A stretch of DNA of 6,200 bases, taken from Amoeboradix gromovi X-113 (Eukaryota > Fungi > Sanchytriomycota). A program made the translations under genes and the position numbers. Positions 1-6,200 of this stretch are shown here, one piece after another (position 1 is the first letter of the stretch; each line of letters begins with the position of its first letter). The notes beneath the pieces are model-generated. The model was given only the letters and a program-made list of their open reading frames with translations. It did no database searches and was not told where the DNA came from. Where the stretch lies: positions 1-6,200 of the forward strand of contig JADGIF010000600.1 of the NCBI GenBank assembly GCA_018985225.1. Reading direction: 5' to 3'.

Positions 1-303
1 CTGCAAAGTGTTGAATGGTGACAAAATACCAGTACCAATAAAAAGAAGTCCTATGATATTGAGAGTTGTTTATTTTTGTCTTTTTCACTTTCACGTCAAC
101 GGTTACTGAATACAAATTTGTCATCTGTAGCATAAGTGATATATTTTGGGAAATTTCTAATAAGCGATTTACTTTTGAAGCATTTGGGACACCAAATATA
201 AAAGCTAGACCAAGTGGTTTTTAAAAGAGGTGCTCTATAGGGAGGAAATACTATTATTAATAAAAGTCCTTCTTTCAAACCAATTTTCTTTCATTGATGC
301 CAT
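1..303 (-). CDS. Possible 5' part of a divergent spliced gene running off the window
   Basis: There are ATGs at 303 and 294 and a minus-strand frame open from about 220 to the window edge. They can be joined by one 47-nt intron (251-205) or by two 19-nt GT-AG segments (251-233 and 106-88). No recognisable product; a plus-strand gene end at 2-109 is an alternative. Confidence 0.2.
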
Positions 304-527
304 TTCTCTCTTTAAAATAAAACAAGATGACCCACTATCTCTTTCAAATATGAGGTCTTTGGGTGTCTAGGCAAAAGTTGCAACCAATAAGATTAATTTA
401 ATTTACTATCGGTTAATACACACCTGAAATGGTGATTCAAACTATTTCAGAAAGTTAGTCTAGTGTTTATATTTGATGTCCCATTTGTTTTAAAGATGTT
501 TCCCAAATTCCCTTGAGACTAATTTTA

Positions 528-1991
528 ATGCATGTTGCTGGACAACTTCTACTAAAGGCGCAGCTGGATTTAGATGAAGCCTTGTATGCAAAAATTTTGC
601 AGAAATTAAATGATATCGAGAAACCAGAGTGGGATCTAATTAAACCTATAATTATGTCTGGTTTAAATTTTACGAATACTAGAACGGTGGCACTATATAT
701 TAGATATATGTGCAACTTCAGCTATGTATTTAATGCGGATTCATATTTGGATCATCCGGATGCTGGTATTAGAGGTGCAGCGCTGTTCTATTGTCTTCAA
801 AAGCGAATAGATATCCCAAATATATGTGTCTTGATGAAAGAAACATGCTTATATAACCAAAAATATGTTGCAGAAATGCTACTGAACTCCAACGTAGTCA
901 ATGACTCTATTTTTGCGAACATTACAGGTAGAGAAACTATTTGTCTTTATTTTATTGAAATGCTACCATTTAATCAATTTTGGAATCATCCGTATTATTT
1001 TCGTCACCTTGTTAAATGCTGTTTTCACGAAAATTCGATTATTAAAAGACTTGCATGTAATGTGGTCATTGGAATATGCAATTTTCAAAAAAAAGAAGTA
1101 TTTAAGAAGGTGAAGGACTATATATATAGTCCTATACAATTTACATATGATCTAGAATGTAAATTGTTAATCGCAACTGCCTTAATCGGCTGCGATGTTC
1201 GGCCCGAATTGAAATATAGTATAATAGAAAATTGGCCGGTTAAAATGGTGTATATGCTAGTTGGTCGTTTAAAAGAGAGGGGCAGCATGTTTATTAATGT
1301 TTACCCTATCTGTATATGTCTAGAGGTTATGCCTGTCGTTCACTATTTTAATGAAATGCAACAACAAAATATAATTTTGCAACTGCTGGAGAGTTTTGGA
1401 TTTGATAGCATCGTGCATGTCAACTTAGATCTTCTTCAGAAAAGCGCTCAGTCAAAGGCGACTCAATATGCCGTATACTTACTGTCTGGTGATTTAGAAA
1501 GTGTCTCACTCGGGCTTGCGATTTTTAGTAAGCTACCAGTTCCTTTCTCTAGATTTCATATGTTGCTACTGTACACTCAATCTGAATATCTAATGAACAT
1601 CAGAAATGCGGCTTACAAGTGCATTAGCTTGTATTTAACTGCAAATCATTCGAGTGTCGATTTGGCAATGTTTGACGATATATTCAGAAAAGGTTTGAAT
1701 GATGAGGCGGACATCAGACTAACCTGTGCTCAATCTTTGTTATTTCTCAAGGAAAATCACCAAATGTTAATGGAGTATGATTTTGTTTACTCAACTATTT
1801 ACAAGGAGGATTCTGACCAAGTAGCATATCTATTAAGTCAATGCGCTCCGAAAGTTGAAGGCAAGTTATTAGAGCTGTTGGCTTCATTCAACGATGAGAA
1901 TATCAATAACAAGTATAACATTTGCAACAAAACAGATCAGGTCGAATGGCTTCTGTCTGTTGAAAACGTGGTTCATCAAGACTGCTATTAA
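528..1991 (+). CDS. HEAT/ARM-repeat alpha-solenoid protein (about 487 aa from the first in-frame ATG; a short upstream exon is possible)
   Basis: Long uninterrupted ORF ending in TAA at 1989-1991. It contains recurring HEAT-like turn motifs: YLDHPDAGIRGAA, CFHENSIIKRLAC, SEYLMNIRNAAYKCI and GLNDEADIRLTCAQSL. The track's TTG start at 513 is unlikely in a eukaryote, and the first in-frame ATG is at 528. An alternative start is ATG 429 plus a 42-nt GTTAGT..AAG intron (454-495), which keeps frame. Coding status is well supported; the family call is motif-based inference. Confidence 0.8.
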   Translation: MHVAGQLLLKAQLDLDEALYAKILQKLNDIEKPEWDLIKPIIMSGLNFTNTRTVALYIRYMCNFSYVFNADSYLDHPDAGIRGAALFYCLQKRIDIPNICVLMKETCLYNQKYVAEMLLNSNVVNDSIFANITGRETICLYFIEMLPFNQFWNHPYYFRHLVKCCFHENSIIKRLACNVVIGICNFQKKEVFKKVKDYIYSPIQFTYDLECKLLIATALIGCDVRPELKYSIIENWPVKMVYMLVGRLKERGSMFINVYPICICLEVMPVVHYFNEMQQQNIILQLLESFGFDSIVHVNLDLLQKSAQSKATQYAVYLLSGDLESVSLGLAIFSKLPVPFSRFHMLLLYTQSEYLMNIRNAAYKCISLYLTANHSSVDLAMFDDIFRKGLNDEADIRLTCAQSLLFLKENHQMLMEYDFVYSTIYKEDSDQVAYLLSQCAPKVEGKLLELLASFNDENINNKYNICNKTDQVEWLLSVENVVHQDCY

Positions 1992-1998
1992 AGAATCA

Positions 1999-2032
1999 AA
2001 TAAAATAAAAATTTATCTTCACAATTAATAAA
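1999..2032 (+). terminator. Cluster of AATAAA polyadenylation-signal-like hexamers in the 46-bp gap between convergent genes
   Basis: AATAAA occurs at 1999-2004, 2004-2009 and 2027-2032, directly after the HEAT gene stop. Function is inferred and the background is AT-rich. Confidence 0.45.
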
Positions 2033-2037
2033 ACAGT

Positions 2038-3016
2038 TTACTGGGGAGCATGATTAAACAAATAGCTAACACTCTCGCCATTATGAGTACGACGGATGGC
2101 CTCAGATATTGTAGCCGAAAGATCAATTAGTTCAATTTTAGGGCAACTAGACAAATTGCCAGATTGGGGGATAGTATTAGTAACAACAAGTTTAGTTATT
2201 GGTGAATTCATGATTTTTTCCAGAGCATTTCCAGACAAGATTCCGTGAGTTACCATAGCCATAACATACCTTGCGCCACCTTCTTTTAATCGAGTTGCTG
2301 CCAATGCCATTGTGCCACAGGTGTCAGCCTAAATTACTAAAAAATACCATGTCATCTACAAGGATTGCAATTTTATCATTGACATCTCCGATCAGCACCA
2401 TTCTAGCTACTTCGTTGGCCTTCTTTCTTTCCTTGTGAATAATAGCAAAGTCTACATTTAATCGATCTGCAATAGCAGTAGCTCTCTTCGCTCCTCCAGC
2501 ATCTGGGGAAACAATAACAACACTTTGCAAGTCTTCAATGTTTTGTCTAATCCAATATAAATATGAAGGTTCACCGTAAAGATTGTCTACTGGGATATTG
2601 AAAAATCCTTGAATTTGGGATGCATGAAGATCTACCGTAATGACATGATCCGCGCCAGCTACTGTCAACATATTGGCGACTAGCTTTGAGGTAATAGGTG
2701 CCCTGCTTTTGTCTTTTTTGTCCTGTCTGGCATATGGAAAACACGGAATAACCGCAGTTATTCTTCTTGCCGATGCGGTCTTGCATGCACTTATCATAAT
2801 CAGCAGCTCCATTAAATGATCATTGATTTCACCACATCCACTCTGAATAATGTATACATCTTCGTCTCTTACACTCTCACCAATACTAACAGACGTTTCT
2901 TTATTTGCAAACTTAGTAACCCCGCATTTTCCTAATGGCAGTCCTAAGCGTGTAGCTATTAATTCCGCAAATTGACGATGCGAATTTCCTGCAAATATTT
3001 TGATGTTATTTGACAT
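2038..3016 (-). CDS. PRS2: Ribose-phosphate pyrophosphokinase (PRPP synthetase, class I, fungal Prs2/Prs4-like); two exons, 3016-2348 and 2328-2038, 319 aa
   Basis: Hallmark motifs [67 protein letters not shown] and [16 protein letters not shown]. Splicing out 2329-2347 joins LVDDM to ADTCGT, restoring the PRPP-binding loop, and fuses ORFs 2324-3016 and 2038-2310 into 223+96=319 aa, the normal length for the family. The exact paralogue assignment is less certain than the function. Confidence 0.97.
2329..2347 (-). other. 19-nt GT-AG spliceosomal intron (phase 0) in the PRS gene
   Basis: The minus strand reads GAT GAC ATG|GTATTTTTTAGTAATTTAG|GCT GAC ACC TGT GGC ACA. Removal rebuilds the conserved DDMADTCGT motif with no gain or loss of residues. 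Confidence 0.95.
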
Positions 3017-3020
3017 CTCC

Positions 3021-3047
3021 TTACTTTGGGGTTTTGGTCAACCCCAT
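3021..3047 (-). promoter_or_regulatory. Candidate uORF (MGLTKTPK*) overlapping a 7-bp hairpin, ending 4 nt before the PRS ATG
   Basis: The minus strand reads ATG GGG TTG ACC AAA ACC CCA AAG TAA GGAG ATG. The inverted repeat TGGGGTT/AACCCCA spans 3027-3046. Whether this lies within the transcript is unknown. Confidence 0.3.
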
Positions 3048-3422
3048 CGTAAAAAACTACACTGATTTTTGCAAACCTACGCAGGTATTTCATCACTTAC
3101 GCTGCTGGCGAATAGCTGAATTATAGTTTCTTCTTTGTCGACTTGTCTTTTATTAATTCTTTACAAATACTAGATGGCTTGAAAATTTGGGTTGTGGTAC
3201 TTTTACTCTTTGTGAAGTTAATTTAATATGGTGACTGCTTAAGCCACATTGTATAGTTTGACAAGATTTATGTACGTGTATTCGATGTCTTTTTTTGAGG
3301 TTCATTGTTAGTTCCATGGTCTGTTATTTCTTTACTTGTAAAAAATCTCGATGTTAATTGAACAAGCTATTTTTCGTGGTTACATGTGCCATATCACTAC
3401 AAAATTCTTTTATTTTCGGCTA

Positions 3423-3854
3423 ATGAAACTGCATAAAAACATTTCTAGAAACTGGTGCATGAATGAGGCAGAAGTGCACATAAAGAGGAAAGATACTAAC
3501 GGAATATATTGAAACGTTTACAGGTTGAGCCTGTACAAGGTGCGATACTCCAAAGAAAGTCAACTTGGAGACATATACATCCACAAACTGTCATTTGGAG
3601 GTAGATATATACCATATTGCAGCAAAGAGAATATATCTGAAGTACACGCATCTCCATTAAATCTCACTTCGGGCTAATTAAAGCAAGAGCGACCATTTCG
3701 ACGGAGCTATTGGCTTTGTCAGTTTCTCAGTGGAGAATTATGGTTTTCTCCAAAATCAGGACTTTTAACGAGTAGCATATACATGGCAATCAAGAGATTA
3801 ATAAGAACTGCTGCACAAACTTGTAAAAATTTAGCAAAACTACCATGCTCATAG
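3423..3854 (+). other. Possible small spliced gene or pseudogene: 144-codon frame with only two internal stops
   Basis: ATG 3423 to TAG 3852-3854, with internal TGA at 3510 and TAA at 3675. Each stop falls in a frame-preserving GT-AG segment: 3455-3523 (with TACTAAC) and 3642-3683 (with GCTAAT). No recognisable homology. Confidence 0.25.
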
Positions 3855-4042
3855 TCTTATTTATGTCATGTATAAATTTACAATATAACAGCATAACTCA
3901 CAGCACCCTAATTACGAAATATATAGCAATGAATAAATTTACTGTTACATTTTATCAAATACCTACCACATTTACTGAAATCATCAGTCTACATTTTTAT
4001 AATTTGTAATTATTTTTTTCAGTGACGTCGTAAACTCGTTCA

Positions 4043-6011
4043 ATGAGACAACAAACTGTGAAAATGAAAGCTTTCAAGTTCATATTAAAAAACCACGAAA
4101 ATCTTGTCGCTGTTGAACTAAGAAACGACGAGTTGTATCTTCATGTCAACAATTATTGTAAGTTGTCAAATAAACAGGAAATTTCAGATCATTTTGAAAA
4201 CAAATGGCATTGGGAACCTTATTTCATAAACGGGCCGGTAGAAGTCAGTATCCTAGAGTTTCTTACAGACAGCGTTAGTAACACTCAATGCTGTATCACT
4301 TCCAAACTGCCTTGGATTGAAAAAAAACTGCAAAACCAAAAACATCTAGAGCAAATTGACCATAAGTTTAAACATAGCTTTGACGACTTAAAGCGTAAGT
4401 CTGATCTCTTCATGACGCCAAAAAAGAAGAAAAAGTTAAACTCTCCATTACCAGACCAGTTAAGTGGTCTCCCAAACGAGAACAAGTCTCGTGCTGTCAA
4501 TATTTTCAAGAATCAGTTGAACGCGGCTACGCCATTAAGCTCTAATCACGGCACTCCTGTTAAATATGGGGTTCCACTCTCTGTTCCTTACAAATCTCTT
4601 CAAACCCCGATATCTCCCAAGAAGAAATACGCATACAAGCAACCTTCGGCAATGCCCATTATCGCTAGTTTTAGCGACAGCTTTTCGCCTAAGAACGAGG
4701 AATTTGAGTTCAGTATCATTTCAAAAGGAAAAATCAAAGCATTAGCCTGCGTTCCAATCCCGGTTGCAAAAGCCAGTCGATCTTCATCCATGACCAGTAG
4801 AATAACATTTGCTACTAATGCCATTTCTAATAACTCTGGAAGATCTGAGACTTTATATAGCTTGTCAAATCTCCTCCAAGACTCTGACATAACGCCACGC
4901 AAAGAGAACCATTCAGCCACATTGGAGGAAATTCCATGCAATCCTGTCGAAACCAGACTGGCTTCTAGTCCGCTGAGAGATTTATCATCTGAAACCATTA
5001 AGCTATCATTGCTGGATGATCAACCGTATTCAACAACATATGAAAATAAACCAGCAGACAATATCCACAGCCCCATACCATCACCTGCCAAAAACACAGT
5101 AACTAAGACACCATTACAAATCATTTCTCAGACTTCATCTATAAGTAAAGAAATAGTAGATCACAATAAATCACAGATTTCAAAGATCAATGAGTACCAG
5201 TGCCCAATTGGTGGCTCGAAACCTGCTATTACTACGCCTAGTGCCCATCTTAGCGATGCATCAATATCTCGAGATGGGGAGAATGTAATTGAACCCGTGC
5301 TGCTGGCGCTCGTAAAAGAATCGAATGAATTGAGTGTTGCAGTCTCAAATTCAGACTCTGCTTTAGTGGGATCACAGCTACTCAAGATATCGCAGGTGTT
5401 TGGTAGCAGCGAGTACCAGAGTGACTGTGAAATGACGGTAAATTGTCCTTGTTTGAAAGAAATGGTATTTAGCGCTAAATTAGAACACTGCTACTACAAA
5501 TTGCTTCTCGTGTAAAGAGCTGGTACACATGTATTGCTGCAGATACTATAGATGTGGATCCATGTGTCATTTATGTGCTTTTAAATCATTGAAGACATTA
5601 AGAAACGTCAAGATACCGCTGACCTTGTTTGCACAATATCTTTCTCTGGCGTCGCACTTTTGTCATTTACTAATGGGAAAAGTCTTGAGCGTGGAAGGGG
5701 CAATACAATTTTTTAGCGGGATGCCGATTAGTGGTGAGGCAGCATTGCAAGTGTTATTAGATAAGCAAGTATGTGAAATGAAAGAAGATAAAGTCAAGTC
5801 GAGCAACATTACGCGCAAATTTGTGAACAACAAATGCTATCAATCTATGAGACTATTAAAAGAGAAATTAGAAACGGCATGGTTAGGTGCAAATGTAAGA
5901 TCAAAAGTAAGAAATATGTATATGGATGCAAACATACCAATTAAGTCGAAGCACGCACTAGTTAACATACCATTAAAATCCCGATATGCAAAAGTCTTGA
6001 TAAATCTATAA
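4043..6011 (+). CDS. Nuclear PHD-finger (C4HC3) protein with a long S/T/P-rich disordered middle; two exons, 4043-5464 and 5484-6011, 649 aa
   Basis: Removing 5465-5483 fuses ORFs 4043-5515 and 5529-6011 in frame (474+175 aa). The join creates CPC-LKEMNTATTN-CFSC-KELV-H-MY-C-CRYYRCGSM-CHLC, that is C-x-C-x10-C-x2-C-x4-H-x2-C-x9-C-x2-C. A basic NLS-like segment KRK..TPKKKKK lies at 4391-4435, and AATAAA follows the stop at 6020-6025. Confidence 0.88.
5465..5483 (+). other. 19-nt GT-AG spliceosomal intron (phase 0) inside the PHD finger
   Basis: The sequence reads AAA GAA ATG|GTATTTAGCGCTAAATTAG|AAC ACT GCT and contains a GCTAA branch-site-like element. It has the same length as the PRS intron and 13 of 19 identical positions. 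Removal completes the zinc finger. Confidence 0.9.
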
Positions 6012-6024
6012 TTTGCAAGAATAA

Positions 6025-6200
6025 ACATTTAATTGTGATGCCCTCTACGCGTGTACCCCAAAAACTCTTTACATCTTTGACAAACTCAAGTTAGCAACCA
6101 CGCACGATTGCGTTTTAGATCGTTTGTTTATATCCGGAGAGCATCTAGTTGAAACCGATGATTCCGTCACAATAATACGCCATCTGACCACGATATCCGA
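6025..6200 (+). CDS. Possible 5' part of a downstream gene (open frame running off the window, start unresolved)
   Basis: About 58 stop-free codons with protein-like composition (..KTLYIFDKLKLATTHDCVLDRLFISGEHLVETDDSVTIIRHLTTIS). There is no in-frame ATG, although ATG 6038 could join via a 38-nt GT-AG segment (6053-6090). The Ser/Val-rich antisense frame 6200-6069 is also open, so the strand is uncertain. Confidence 0.25.

Noticed and set aside
477-536. CPIC...H zinc-finger-like peptide in frame upstream of the HEAT ORF
   Set aside because: It is preceded directly by TGA with no usable AG acceptor or ATG, and the final ligand is missing.
2324-2350. PRS as a frameshifted pseudogene, programmed frameshift or two separate genes
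   Set aside because: An exact GT..AG 19-nt excision restores the conserved motif and full length; a simple frameshift would leave about 6 extra residues in the PRPP-binding loop.
3017-3023. TAAGGAG Shine-Dalgarno-like sequence before the PRS ATG (minus strand)
   Set aside because: It has zero spacing to the ATG, and the gene is eukaryotic-type and intron-containing, so this is coincidental.
3000-3360. Minus-strand frame interrupted only by TAA, hinting at TAA/TAG-to-Gln recoding
   Set aside because: PRS ends at TAA at its conserved C-terminus, the other two genes also end in TAA, and none of the long ORFs needs internal TAR readthrough.
4006-4030. 17-nt GT..CAG segment and CRE-like TGACGTC just upstream of the PHD gene
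   Set aside because: Splicing does not join the main frame (in-frame TAA at 4031), and a single 7-mer is not enough to call a regulatory site.
4285-5385. Minus-strand ORFs 4285-4509, 4600-4998 and 5161-5385 (also 467-715, 901-1113, 2571-2786 and 5840-6028)
   Set aside because: These are antisense shadows or alternate frames overlapping well-supported genes, with no recognisable motifs.
5515-5529. ORFs 4043-5515 and 5529-6011 as a two-gene operon-like pair
   Set aside because: The PHD ligands are divided between the two frames and are united only by splicing 5465-5483.
1-6200. CRISPR arrays, tRNA/rRNA genes, transposon ends and tandem repeats
   Set aside because: I saw no periodic repeats, cloverleaf motifs, terminal repeats or transposase/RT motifs on either strand.

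Overview
This is AT-rich, gene-dense eukaryotic DNA that looks fungal or holomycotan, judged from the Prs2/Prs4-type PRPP synthetase. Three genes are well supported: a HEAT/ARM-repeat protein (+, about 528-1991), a convergent ribose-phosphate pyrophosphokinase (-, 3016-2038), and a nuclear PHD-finger protein (+, 4043-6011). The ORF track splits the last two genes into two ORFs each. In both cases the split comes from an ultra-short GT-AG intron of exactly 19 nt, and the two introns share the pattern ATG|GTATTT-N5-TAAWTTAG|. Removing them restores the PRPP-binding motif VDDMADTCGT (319-aa enzyme) and a complete C4HC3 PHD finger (649-aa protein). These stereotyped 19-nt spliceosomal introns in a fungus-like genome are the main finding. 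About 1 kb between the divergent PRS and PHD genes is unexplained; it holds a stop-poor frame and several hairpins. Both window ends carry ambiguous partial frames.
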